DNA of 64,000 nt from a virus. Taxonomy: Duplodnaviria; Caudoviricetes. Numbering within the stretch: the stretch's first letter is position 1; the number at the start of each line of letters is the position of its first letter. Location of the stretch: IMG/VR virus record IMGVR_UViG_3300031938_000001, positions 8,828 through 72,827 of that record. The stretch is one strand, 5' to 3'. Both the position numbers and the translations under genes were made by a program. Positions 7,513 through 16,861 of the stretch are shown here, piece by piece. Below the pieces are notes generated by a model. That model made no database searches and was not told where the DNA came from. It saw only the letters and a list, made by a program, of their open reading frames with translations.

Positions 7513-8862
7513 GTGAGCACCGAGGTTTGGTTCAGGAATCCGGACCTCTACATCCGAGAGATAGTAGAGGTTGGAGTCGAGCGCATTGCCATCGACCGGG
7601 GGTATGCCGTCAAGCGGCGCATCGACCCGGTGCGCTTCGCGACCCTCTACTACCCCAAGACCACCGACTTTCGCATCCTCATGGTGGGCGATCAAGGCAC
7701 CGCCGAGTATCGCCGTGGCGACGCCCTCGACAAGCCGACCGGCGTCTACCCCACGTGGGACTACACCGCCGAGGATCTCACCGTCCTCGAGGAGTTGATG
7801 GCGAAGCCGGTCGGCCACGACCCGGCCATCTGTGCCGACGACAGCGTGCCCCCCGACGAGCGCCCGGTACTCGGGCAGGAGCATCGGGTGGTTGTCATCC
7901 GCCTCCCCATCGCCTCGTCCGGTCCCGGCCGCCGGGTGCTGCACCAACTCAGCGACCTGCAGCGCGACTACCCCGACTGCATCTTGCACATCCACGGGCT
8001 CTACGGGTTCCGGCCGGCCTTCAGTAACGGGTTCGGCGCCGTGGACATCGAGGCGCGCACCACCGCCGCCAAGGGCAAGGTGATCCTGCCGAACGGCAAG
8101 GAACTCCGGCACGAGATGACCGCGAAGGTCCCCGACTGGGTGACCCTGCTCGGGATGTCGCCTGTCGATCTTGAGCAGCCGCGAAACAGGTGCATGTATA
8201 TCATCAGATCAGCCCTCTGGGCTGGCGAGAACTTCACGAAGGACCTCAAGTTTCGCGTCAAGGGTGGGGTCACGGTAGACCCCGACGCCGCTACCCCGAC
8301 CGCCGCGACGGTCGCCCACTATCGGTCCGGCACGTCCGTGGTCAAGCCCGGCGACAAGTTCGCGTGCGACTCATGCTCGCTGGCCGACACCTGCAAGTAC
8401 TACCGGGAAGGATCGGTGTGCACCGTGCCCGACGCCGAATCGAGCGAACTGGTCCGTATGTTCCGCACTCGCGACGCCGAGCGGATCATTGACGGACTCA
8501 ACTCCGTACTCGCCAAGCAGGCCGAGCGTCTCGAGCGTGGCGTCGAGGAGGAGGAGGAGTTCAATGAACTCTCCCCCGAGGTCACCAAGATCATCAACTC
8601 CCTGATGACCCACGGCGTGAAACTCGCCAAGCTGATCAACCCAGCCCTCAACGGCGGCCCCAAGGTGGGCGTGTTCGTCGCTGGAGGTCACGCTGCGGGG
8701 AGTACCAACCCCAAGGCGGCTATCGCTGGCGTGGTGGCCGAACTCGAGGCGCAGGGCATCCCCCGCGAGCGCATCACCGAGGAGATGATCATCCGCGTGC
8801 TGTCCGGCGGACCGAGCAAGGAGATCGTCGCCAGCGTGGCGACGGAGGTGCGCGCGGGATGA
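7513..8862 (+). CDS. 449-aa protein in the terminase small-subunit position: possible TGT-like N-terminal domain, Cys4 cluster, helical C-terminus
   Basis: Directly upstream of TerL with ATGA overlap; LHIHGL...FGAVD...GKVILPNG; CDSCSLADTC...C; acidic coiled-coil. Confidence 0.55.
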   Translation: MSTEVWFRNPDLYIREIVEVGVERIAIDRGYAVKRRIDPVRFATLYYPKTTDFRILMVGDQGTAEYRRGDALDKPTGVYPTWDYTAEDLTVLEELMAKPVGHDPAICADDSVPPDERPVLGQEHRVVVIRLPIASSGPGRRVLHQLSDLQRDYPDCILHIHGLYGFRPAFSNGFGAVDIEARTTAAKGKVILPNGKELRHEMTAKVPDWVTLLGMSPVDLEQPRNRCMYIIRSALWAGENFTKDLKFRVKGGVTVDPDAATPTAATVAHYRSGTSVVKPGDKFACDSCSLADTCKYYREGSVCTVPDAESSELVRMFRTRDAERIIDGLNSVLAKQAERLERGVEEEEEFNELSPEVTKIINSLMTHGVKLAKLINPALNGGPKVGVFVAGGHAAGSTNPKAAIAGVVAELEAQGIPRERITEEMIIRVLSGGPSKEIVASVATEVRAG

Positions 8863-10700
8863 GTGGCTTCGACCCGGTTCGGGCCGCCAAGGAACTCGCA
8901 TGGCTCAAGAAGAACCCCGAGTTCCGCGAGCGCCCCGCCTCCCTGTTGGAGTTCCTCGGCGAGGACTACCTCAACATCGAGTCGGGCGTGCGCGAGACAA
9001 TCAAGGAGATCCTCAGCGAGATCATCGGCCACGACGTGTCCGGCGAGCGGCTGACCGCGTATAGCAAGGCCCTGATCACGGGCGGCATCGGCATCGGCAA
9101 GACCACCATCGCCTCCATCGTGCTGCCGTACCTCTGCCACTGGGTGCTCTGCCTCAAGAGCCCACAGGAGTTCCTCGGCCTCCTCCCCGGCTCCCGCATC
9201 GCGTTCATGCAGATGTCCACCTCCGAGGAACAGGCCCGAGAGGTCGTCTTCGGAGACATCAAGGCTCGCATCAAGCACAGCCCTTGGTTCCGAGACAACG
9301 CGCAGATCGACCCCTCATTCAAGAACCAGATCAGGTTCGAGGGCGACATCTGGATCCTCCCCGGTGACAGCAGCGAGACGACCTTCGAGGGTTACAACAT
9401 CCTCGGAGGCATCGTCGACGAGATGGACAGCCACAAAGTCACCCCGAACCGCGACTACGCGCAGGCTGGCTACGAGACCATCCACGCCCGCATCACGTCC
9501 CGGTTCCAAGAGCGCGGCTTCGTCCTGCTGATCGGGCAGATGAAGAAGGCCGACGGCTTCGCGGCCCGCATGTTCGAGGAGTACCAAGCCGATCCCGAGG
9601 CGTACACCGCCCGGCTCACCATCTGGGAGTCTCTGGGCTGGCACCGCTTCCTGAACCCGGACGGCACGCGCGACTCGTTCTGGTATGACACCAAGCGCAA
9701 GTCATTCGTTCCGAAGGGTATCGCCGAAGAGCTCGAGACGGAGAACCTCATCGAGGTGCCGAACGTCTACCGGCGCGACTTCGAGAACAACCCCGAGAAG
9801 GCGCTGCGCGACCTCGCTGGCATCCCGCCGGCGGTCGGCGACCCGTTCATCGGCCTCACTCACAAGATCGAGGAGGCGCGCGACCGCTGGAAGGCGCGCA
9901 ACAGTGGGCTCACGACCCCGGTGGCCCTCGACGGCAAGTTCGAGAAGTGGTTCACCGCTCGCGACAGCCTCAAGCGGGTCATGCACATCGACATCGGCTA
10001 CTCCCCGCACGGCGACGCGGCCGGGCTCGCGATGGGGCATGTGCGCGAGGTGATGGACATCGACGGCGAGCGCAAGCCGTACATTGTCTTTGACATGGTG
10101 ATGCGCGTGAAGGCGCCGCCCGGTCGGGAGATCATGATTGGCGACCTCCGCCGGATCGTCTATCACCTGCGGGATGACCTCGGATTCCGGATCAAGAAGG
10201 TATCCCTCGACGGCTTCCAGTCCACCGACACCTTGCAGCAACTCCGCAAGCGCCGCTTCGAGACCGAGCTCGTCTCGGTGGACCGCTCGATGCTCCCGTA
10301 CAGCGACCTGCGAGACGCTCTCTACGAGAATCGCATCGAGTTCCCCGAGTACATGGTCTACATGAAGCACGGAGACATCAAGAAGGTCGAGATCGTCTAC
10401 AAGGAACTCAGCGAACTCGAAGACAAGGGCAACAAGATCGACCACCCGGCGCTGGGCAGCAAGGACGTGGCCGACGCCATGGCTGGCGTGACCTACACCC
10501 TCATGGGTGATCGCTCCTACCGGCGTACCGTTCGAGACATCTCCAGCGCCCCCAGTGCACTCTCCGCGACAGGCACAGATGGGCGAATGGGTCTCGGTGC
10601 TGGACCGAGGATGCCTGCTCTCGGTAACCTCCCGTCATTGGGCGCACCACCCCCTCCGCGCATGATGCCCGGCATCGGAGTCGTCCGTCCACCAAGTTGA
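8859..10700 (+). CDS. terL: terminase large subunit
   Basis: Walker A GGIGIGKT, Walker B IVDEMD, RNase H-like nuclease residues (HIDIG, DGFQS, DH..GSKDVADA). Confidence 0.9.
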   Translation: MSGFDPVRAAKELAWLKKNPEFRERPASLLEFLGEDYLNIESGVRETIKEILSEIIGHDVSGERLTAYSKALITGGIGIGKTTIASIVLPYLCHWVLCLKSPQEFLGLLPGSRIAFMQMSTSEEQAREVVFGDIKARIKHSPWFRDNAQIDPSFKNQIRFEGDIWILPGDSSETTFEGYNILGGIVDEMDSHKVTPNRDYAQAGYETIHARITSRFQERGFVLLIGQMKKADGFAARMFEEYQADPEAYTARLTIWESLGWHRFLNPDGTRDSFWYDTKRKSFVPKGIAEELETENLIEVPNVYRRDFENNPEKALRDLAGIPPAVGDPFIGLTHKIEEARDRWKARNSGLTTPVALDGKFEKWFTARDSLKRVMHIDIGYSPHGDAAGLAMGHVREVMDIDGERKPYIVFDMVMRVKAPPGREIMIGDLRRIVYHLRDDLGFRIKKVSLDGFQSTDTLQQLRKRRFETELVSVDRSMLPYSDLRDALYENRIEFPEYMVYMKHGDIKKVEIVYKELSELEDKGNKIDHPALGSKDVADAMAGVTYTLMGDRSYRRTVRDISSAPSALSATGTDGRMGLGAGPRMPALGNLPSLGAPPPPRMMPGIGVVRPPS

Positions 10701-10728
10701 CCAGAGGGTCGCAGCGTACGGAGGAATA

Positions 10729-12510
10729 GTGAGCGGTCTGCTCGATCATCGCGGGAACCCGATTTCGTCGGCCGACTTCCGCAAGGCTGCGCCCCCCAAG
10801 ACGGGTCCGGCGTTCGGCAACTGGGCTGGACGGGACCTCGCCACGCTGCAACTCCCCGGCGGCGGCCTCCTGCAGTTCGACCTGTCGCGGCTCACGCTCG
10901 CCGACTACCGATCCATGCGGGACCACTACCAGATCAACGCCTCGCTCACCGTGCTGCAGTTCATGCTGCACCGCATGGACTGGCGAATCGAGTGCAAGGA
11001 TCAGAGGATCGCCGACGCGATCACCGAGAACATCCAGCAGGTCTGGACTCGCATGGTCCGCGCGATGTCGCAGTCGTACTGGGCTGGCTACTCGCCCATC
11101 GCCCTCGAGTACGAGAACGACGATCACGCTCGAGACGGCAAGGGCATGCTCGTGGTCAGCAAGTTCAAGGACTTGGTGCCCGAGGAGTGCACGGTCAACT
11201 GGAAGACCGTCGAGGGCTATGCGCCCCCCGGCCACGTCCGACCCAAGTACAAGATCTACGACGGCATCCGCCAGCAGGGCGTCGGCTGGCCGATCCCCAC
11301 CGAGAACACGCTGTGGTATCCGCTGCTCATGGAGAATGGCGACTACAACGGCAAGAAACTCCTTCGCCCGGCCTTCTCGTCGTGGTACTTCTCGATCCTC
11401 ATGCACATGTTCGCGAACCGCTACTACGAGCGGTTCGGAGAGCCAGTCCCCATCGGCCGGGCGCCGTACGACGACGACGTGATCATCGACGGCAAGACCG
11501 TCAACGGTCGCGACGCGATGCTGTCGATCTTGCAGAGCCTGCGCTCGCGCGGCGTGGTGGTGCTCCCAGACGACCGCACCCAGACTGGCGACAACTCATC
11601 TGATTACTCGTACGACATCGAGTACCTCGAGTCGCAGATGCGCGGCGCGGACTTCGAGAAGTACATCACGAGGCTCGACGAGGAGATCACGCTCGGGTTG
11701 TTCACCCCGCTGCTGCTGCTGCGCGGGGCGTCCGGCGGCGGCTCCTACAACCTCGGCGTCCAGCAGATGCAGATGTACCTCTGGATGCTCAACGCGCTCG
11801 CTGGCGACATGAAGGAGTACATCGACTTCTACGTCATCGACCGCCTGAAGAACTTCAACTTCGGCCCGAACGCGCCACGCGCGACGTGGGAGTACCGCCA
11901 GATGGGCAAGGAGTCGGTCGAGACCGTGCGGGCCATGGTCACCGAACTGCTCCGCAAGGACAAGATCATGCCCGACCTGACCGAGCTCAGTGCCATCACT
12001 GGCATCTCGCTGGCCGACGCGACCTTGCTTAGCAAGGGCGACGACCCGGAGGGCTCGGACCCGTTCGCCGACCCCGAGAGCATCACCCCGCCTAGCGACG
12101 GCCCGCGCAACGGCAACACCTCGACCTCTGATGACCGGACCACGCGCACCCGCGACGACCGGAACCGGAACAAGCGCGGCCCCAAGGGCGTCGGCAGCCC
12201 GCGCGATACCCAGCGCGACATCGCGGCGCGCATCGCCGGGCAGGTCGAGAACGCCTTCAAGAAGGGCACGTTCGGCGACAAGCCCATCGTGCTCGGATAC
12301 CGCCGCGCGCTCGTGGAGGGCCTGCACGACGAGGGCATGGCCTACGACGACGCCGCGAGCGCCGTCGAGCGCCTGTACTCGCAGATGAACTGGTGGCTCG
12401 CCGACTCGACTAGCGTCGGCGCCGAGACGTACGGCTCTGCAGAGAGCTTCGTCGCTACCTTCAACTCCGCCTTCGAGGATGCCTGTTCGCGGGTGCTCGA
12501 TGGTCGCTGA
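10729..12510 (+). CDS. portal protein (DUF935/Mu gp29-like)
   Basis: Position after TerL; GxxLLRPAF..W, ERFGEP..IG and YDIEYLE motifs. Confidence 0.85.
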   Translation: MSGLLDHRGNPISSADFRKAAPPKTGPAFGNWAGRDLATLQLPGGGLLQFDLSRLTLADYRSMRDHYQINASLTVLQFMLHRMDWRIECKDQRIADAITENIQQVWTRMVRAMSQSYWAGYSPIALEYENDDHARDGKGMLVVSKFKDLVPEECTVNWKTVEGYAPPGHVRPKYKIYDGIRQQGVGWPIPTENTLWYPLLMENGDYNGKKLLRPAFSSWYFSILMHMFANRYYERFGEPVPIGRAPYDDDVIIDGKTVNGRDAMLSILQSLRSRGVVVLPDDRTQTGDNSSDYSYDIEYLESQMRGADFEKYITRLDEEITLGLFTPLLLLRGASGGGSYNLGVQQMQMYLWMLNALAGDMKEYIDFYVIDRLKNFNFGPNAPRATWEYRQMGKESVETVRAMVTELLRKDKIMPDLTELSAITGISLADATLLSKGDDPEGSDPFADPESITPPSDGPRNGNTSTSDDRTTRTRDDRNRNKRGPKGVGSPRDTQRDIAARIAGQVENAFKKGTFGDKPIVLGYRRALVEGLHDEGMAYDDAASAVERLYSQMNWWLADSTSVGAETYGSAESFVATFNSAFEDACSRVLDGR

Positions 12511-12769
12511 TCCACCGCCAACGCACGACCTGCGCTGCGTGTGCACGCGGCGCCCGCTGCTGGCGCGCTACGGCCGGGGCACTGACGGCGCGCTGTTCGT
12601 CCACCTCAAGGTCTTCAAGCAGAACCGCCTCTACGCCGAGGCCATCTTCACCAACGGAACCGTGATGCTCCACTGCCGAGAGTGCTTGCGGTGGAACCGC
12701 ATCGTCATCAGGCAGCCTTCGAGCGTTCGCATGAGGGAGGATTCCCTCCCCGACAGCATTCGCATCTAA
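12500..12769 (+). CDS. Com-like Zn-ribbon protein
   Basis: DLRCVCTRRPLLA...LHCRECLRWN resembles the Mu Com Zn-finger layout. Confidence 0.55.
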   Translation: MVADPPPTHDLRCVCTRRPLLARYGRGTDGALFVHLKVFKQNRLYAEAIFTNGTVMLHCRECLRWNRIVIRQPSSVRMREDSLPDSIRI

Positions 12770-12833
12770 CAATGCTTGCGAGCGTCCGAGGCAAATGAGT
12801 ATCGTCTCATCACAAGGAATCGCGAGGGAGAGC

Positions 12834-13994
12834 ATGACCACGAATCTTGGCCGGATGAAGACGGTAGCCGCCTTCTCCGCATCGAACGTGCTGGAGGGTC
12901 TCACGACCCGTACCGGCGCGTCCGGTTCGCTCATCATCGAGCGCATGCCCGTGTTCAAGTCCGGCACCTTCAAGGACTCCATGGGGACTCAGGCGACATG
13001 GGAGCCTGAGCACCTCGAGCAGATGGTGTTCAACTTCGGGATGCTCAAGGAGCGCGGCACCCTGCCGAACGTGCCGGTGCGCAATCAGCACCGCAGCCTG
13101 TTCGGCGGCGGTGGCGAGGTCATCGGCTACATCCTCGCGCTCCACCACGATCAGGAATCCGGTCGCCTGTTGGCCGACTTCGAGGTCACGGAGCCCGATG
13201 CGGCTGGGAAGATCCAGCGCGGCACGTTCCGCGCTCGGTCCGCCGAGATCGGGATGTACGAGACCAACGACGAGGCCCTCTACTGGCCGGTGTTCATGGG
13301 CTTCGCCTTCGTGGACATCCCCGCCGTCGAGGGCCTGTACAACAAGGCTCAGGCGGAGAGCCCGAGCGAGTTCATCATCATGACCGAGGAGGACGCCCCA
13401 GTGGCCGACGACAAGAACAAGGGCGACGACAAGGCCCCCGCCGCTCCGGCTGCTCCGGCCGCCGAGCCGCAGACCGAGCCCGCCACCCCGCCCGCCGAGC
13501 CCGCCGCCCCGGCTGCACCCGCCGCCGAGCCGCAGGAGCACGGCGCCCCGAGCGCTGGCGCGTTCCAATTCAAGGTCAAGGGTGCGCCCACCACCGACTT
13601 CGCCGCCGTCCAGCGTCACATTGACGCGCTGGAGACGGCGCAGGTCGAGCAGGTCCAGAACTCCCGCCGGGAGTACGTGACTGGCCTTGCTCGCGACCGC
13701 AAGATCACCCAGCCGCAGGTGGAGGGGCTCCAGTCCCTCGTCTCCACCATGACGGACGAGCAGTACGAGTCGTTCCGCACCGCCTACAGCGTTGCCCCGG
13801 CTCAGCCCCTGCTCGACGTGCACGCGGGTGGGGGCACGGAGGTCACTCCGAGTTCCGAGGAGAACGAGGAGGTCGCCACCCTTCGCGAGACCATCGCGAT
13901 GCACCAGCGGTCCGGCATTCCGCAGGAGCAGATCGAGAAGATGCCGAGTTTCATCCGCCTCAAGGCCCTCGAGGCCCAGAACCCGAAGGAGTAG
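12834..13994 (+). CDS. capsid maturation protease/scaffolding protein
   Basis: Mu-type protease-like N-terminus (H in NQHRS, RSAEIG), Pro/Ala-rich linker, helical C-terminus; RBS gagggag; in-frame upstream ATG at 12795 is an alternative start. Confidence 0.8.
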   Translation: MTTNLGRMKTVAAFSASNVLEGLTTRTGASGSLIIERMPVFKSGTFKDSMGTQATWEPEHLEQMVFNFGMLKERGTLPNVPVRNQHRSLFGGGGEVIGYILALHHDQESGRLLADFEVTEPDAAGKIQRGTFRARSAEIGMYETNDEALYWPVFMGFAFVDIPAVEGLYNKAQAESPSEFIIMTEEDAPVADDKNKGDDKAPAAPAAPAAEPQTEPATPPAEPAAPAAPAAEPQEHGAPSAGAFQFKVKGAPTTDFAAVQRHIDALETAQVEQVQNSRREYVTGLARDRKITQPQVEGLQSLVSTMTDEQYESFRTAYSVAPAQPLLDVHAGGGTEVTPSSEENEEVATLRETIAMHQRSGIPQEQIEKMPSFIRLKALEAQNPKE

Positions 13995-14000
13995 CCAGAG

Positions 14001-14450
14001 ATGGCTGATTTCGTCAAGGGTGGCGACCCGCGTACCCCGTTCGGCAAGAACACGTACCTGCGCTCGACGCAGGACGTGAAGTACGAGTCGTACACGGTCG
14101 CGAAGTCCACCGTCCCCACCGAGGTGATCGACGGGAGCAACCAGAAGGTTCTCCAGTCGGGCGAGGTTCTCGCCAAGATCACCTCGGGCGCCGATTCCGG
14201 AAAGGTCGGCCCCTTCCAGGCTGGCGCCGTCGATGGCCGCGCAGATGTCGCGAACATCGTCGGCCTCAACGACACCTTCCTCCCGTGGCAGCTCCTTGAG
14301 CGCGACGTGGAGGTCGGCGTTGCCTATGAGGCGACCGCAGTGCAGGGCTGGTGCTTCGAGCGCGACGCCGCCGGAGCCCGCGTGGCCCTGTCCAACACGA
14401 CCGCAGATGCGATGCGAGGCACCAAGGGCCTCGACATCCACTTCAAGTAA
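14001..14450 (+). CDS. head decoration/minor capsid protein
   Basis: Lies between scaffold and major capsid; GEVLAKITSG...GP pattern. Confidence 0.75.
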   Translation: MADFVKGGDPRTPFGKNTYLRSTQDVKYESYTVAKSTVPTEVIDGSNQKVLQSGEVLAKITSGADSGKVGPFQAGAVDGRADVANIVGLNDTFLPWQLLERDVEVGVAYEATAVQGWCFERDAAGARVALSNTTADAMRGTKGLDIHFK

Positions 14451-14465
14451 GGGGAACGCACTCAG

Positions 14466-15623
14466 ATGCCCACTGACCTTCCTCTGGACCGGCTGGTCCG
14501 CAAGGAAACCGCGCTCGGCGTGGTCCGGGAGATCGTTCCCCCGCAGAACCACATCGGCCTCGCCCAGATCGCTCCGTGGCTGAACGTTGCCACCGACGAC
14601 GTGATCTTCGACTACGCCAAGGGCCTCACCGACGGCCTCGCCCCCGCACGGGCCGAGGACGCCGAGAGCGAACTGGCGCAGAAGGACGACACGTTCGTCG
14701 GGCAGGGCCGCGCGAGCGTGATCGACTGGTCCCTCAAGGACCACTACACCGCGAGCGACGTGTCCCGCTACCGCGAGGCGCTCCTGATCGCCGAGCAGAC
14801 GCGCGACACGCTCTCGCTGCCGCTCACCGTCACCTCGATGACCGAGGGCTTCCTCGGTCGCGTGGCGCGAGACACCTCGCGTCGCCGCCGGAAGTTGGAC
14901 AACCGGCTCGAGTGGCTGATCATGACGGCCATCTCGACGGGTGCCATCGCCTACAACGACGGCAAGATCTCGTTCTCGGTGGACTTCGGTCGGCCGGTCT
15001 CTCAGCAGGCCGGGAACGCCGCGAACGACCTCGCCGGGGCGGGTGTCACCGACGGTGCCATCGACTTCAGCGGCACCACGCACGACCCCATCGGGTTCAT
15101 CCTCGGGGTGCAGGAGTTCATGTACGACACCTACGGTGTCCGCATCACTCGCGCGCTCGCCTCGCGGAAGTTCCTCAACAGCCTGTGGAAGTCGGACAAG
15201 TTCCGGCCGATCACCGGCTTCACCGACGCGAGCGCGGACCCCCGCTACCTCGTGCCGGGCTGGGGTCCGAACGCGGCCATCGCCGCCGTCGAGAACGCGA
15301 CCGGGCTCAAGTTCACCGAGTACGACTCGGTGTACCGCACCCGGCCGATGGGCTCGAACGTCGTCACCAACAACCGCTTCCTCCCGGAGGACCGCGTGGT
15401 CTTCCTGCCGGACGAGGCGGACGTGAACGAGTTCGACGACACCGAGATCGGCTTCGCCAAGACGCTGACCTCGCCGCACCCCATGGGGAACTGGCAGCCC
15501 AGTTTCTACGAGTGGGAGCGGGAGACCACCGACCCGTGGGGCCGCGACGTGGGCACGGGCGTGAAGGCGTTCCCGGTGTTCCCGCACATGGACCTCACCT
15601 ACGCGGTGAACGTCCTGCTCTGA
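14466..15623 (+). CDS. major capsid protein (lambda gpE-like family)
   Basis: 385 aa, synteny, strong GC3 bias, C-terminal DPWG...KAFPVF. Confidence 0.85.
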   Translation: MPTDLPLDRLVRKETALGVVREIVPPQNHIGLAQIAPWLNVATDDVIFDYAKGLTDGLAPARAEDAESELAQKDDTFVGQGRASVIDWSLKDHYTASDVSRYREALLIAEQTRDTLSLPLTVTSMTEGFLGRVARDTSRRRRKLDNRLEWLIMTAISTGAIAYNDGKISFSVDFGRPVSQQAGNAANDLAGAGVTDGAIDFSGTTHDPIGFILGVQEFMYDTYGVRITRALASRKFLNSLWKSDKFRPITGFTDASADPRYLVPGWGPNAAIAAVENATGLKFTEYDSVYRTRPMGSNVVTNNRFLPEDRVVFLPDEADVNEFDDTEIGFAKTLTSPHPMGNWQPSFYEWERETTDPWGRDVGTGVKAFPVFPHMDLTYAVNVLL

Positions 15624-15633
15624 CGAGCACCAT

Positions 15634-15674
15634 GACGCGCCCCCGGTCCGGCCTCCGCTGGCCGGGGGCGCGTC
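15634..15674 (+). terminator. hairpin after the major capsid gene
   Basis: GACGCGCCCCCGG / CCGGGGGCGCGTC perfect 13-bp stem; weak U tail. Confidence 0.6.
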
Positions 15675-15711
15675 GCTTCACCCGCCACTGAGTCCCGAGG
15701 AGGACAAGCAC

Positions 15712-15888
15712 ATGGCACGCAACTCGGACGGTTCCGTCACTCTGAAGACCACCGGCAAGACCGCCTCGTCTCCGAAGGGTTCCGGCGCCGCGCGCCGCGC
15801 CCCGCTGGCACAGGCTCCGGCCGCGTCCGGCCCCATGGTTACGAAGGAGCCCGGCCGCACGGTCGTCGGCAAGAGCGCCGCCAACTGA
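15712..15888 (+). CDS. 58-aa basic peptide (not in the ORF track)
   Basis: RBS gaggagg; MARNSDGSVTLKTTGKTASSPKG...KSAAN*. Confidence 0.65.
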   Translation: MARNSDGSVTLKTTGKTASSPKGSGAARRAPLAQAPAASGPMVTKEPGRTVVGKSAAN

Positions 15889-15890
15889 TC

Positions 15891-15934
15891 TTCGGCGGGC
15901 CGAGGGCGTGGTGCAGCGTCTTCGGCTCGCCGAA
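15891..15934 (+). terminator. RNA hairpin with G-U pairs
   Basis: TTCGGCGGGCCGAGGGCG / CGTCTTCGGCTCGCCGAA gives 18 bp only if three G-U wobbles are allowed. Confidence 0.55.
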
Positions 15935-15975
15935 TCCCACTGTCACCACAGCAAGTCCGAAGGAGATCGAAGCAG

Positions 15976-16323
15976 ATGGCTGAGAACCACGAAGGCCGCG
16001 TCATGGCCGTGGAGGGCAACGACCTCTCCGGCTACATCGGCGTGAGCCCGGAGTACATGACCTACGCCAACGAGACCGAGGCGCCCCTGCAGCCCAAGGA
16101 CGCCGAGGTGTCCGATGCGGTCGAGCAGGTCGTCGCCGACGAGGAGGCGAAGGCCAAGGCCGCCGATGCCGCCGCCGATGCCGCCGAGGCCGCCGATGCC
16201 GCCGCCAAGGAGGCCGAGGAGCAGAGGGCCGCCGAGGAAGCCGCTGCCAAGGAGGCCGCCGAGAAGCAGGCCGCCGAGGCCGAGGCCGCCAAGAAGTCCG
16301 ACGGCAAGACCGCCAAGCAGTAA
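15976..16323 (+). CDS. Ala/Glu/Lys-rich virion-region protein
   Basis: RBS aaggag; low-complexity helical C-terminus. Confidence 0.75.
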   Translation: MAENHEGRVMAVEGNDLSGYIGVSPEYMTYANETEAPLQPKDAEVSDAVEQVVADEEAKAKAADAAADAAEAADAAAKEAEEQRAAEEAAAKEAAEKQAAEAEAAKKSDGKTAKQ

Positions 16324-16345
16324 GCAGTAGAGGAGACCACTCACC

Positions 16346-16861
16346 GTGGCTGACAGCACGTACAGCGTCCCGGCAGACATGCTGCTCGGGGACCTGCCTG
16401 TGGCCGTTTCGGTCAACAAGCAGAAGTACGTCAACGACGCTGCGGACGAGGTGGACTCCATTATCGGGGTCCGCTACGCAACCCCCTTGGACGTGAGCGA
16501 CACGGGAACCATCCCCCGCTACGCTCGACTGTTCATCAAGCGCGTGGCGAACAACCTCGCCACCGGCCGCCTCATTCTTGCAGTTGCGGCCGGTGGCGAG
16601 GACAACCAGATCCACGCCTACGGGTGGAGTCTGATTCAAACTTCCCTCGACGCTCTCAAGCAGATCGCCGACGGCACGTACGACATCGTTGGGGCGGATC
16701 CTGCCGACCCCGACGCCACGACCCGCGTCACCGGCCCGGCTATCGCTGGAGGGGACGCGACAAGCGGCGTGGACGCTTTCTACGGGCTCGTCAGCGTCTA
16801 CCAGCCCCCCGGCCCGGTCCCGCTGCTCGTAGGCCCGCGCTGGGAACCGGGTGGTCGCTGA
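16346..16861 (+). CDS. head-to-tail adaptor (Mu gp36-like)
   Basis: Synteny; EVDSIIGVRY..PL and ALKQIADG motifs. Confidence 0.7.
   Translation: MADSTYSVPADMLLGDLPVAVSVNKQKYVNDAADEVDSIIGVRYATPLDVSDTGTIPRYARLFIKRVANNLATGRLILAVAAGGEDNQIHAYGWSLIQTSLDALKQIADGTYDIVGADPADPDATTRVTGPAIAGGDATSGVDAFYGLVSVYQPPGPVPLLVGPRWEPGGR

Noticed and set aside
7513-8862. Functional DpdA 7-deazaguanine DNA modification system
   Set aside because: No preQ0 pathway genes in the window and the catalytic-region motif is degenerate; kept only as a fold hypothesis.
12810-15587. 925-aa minus-strand ORF; likewise 20119..22722, 22801..26124, 29806..31149 and other long antisense ORFs
   Set aside because: Shadow ORFs opposite GC3-rich structural genes, with no recognisable motifs; expected in high-GC DNA.
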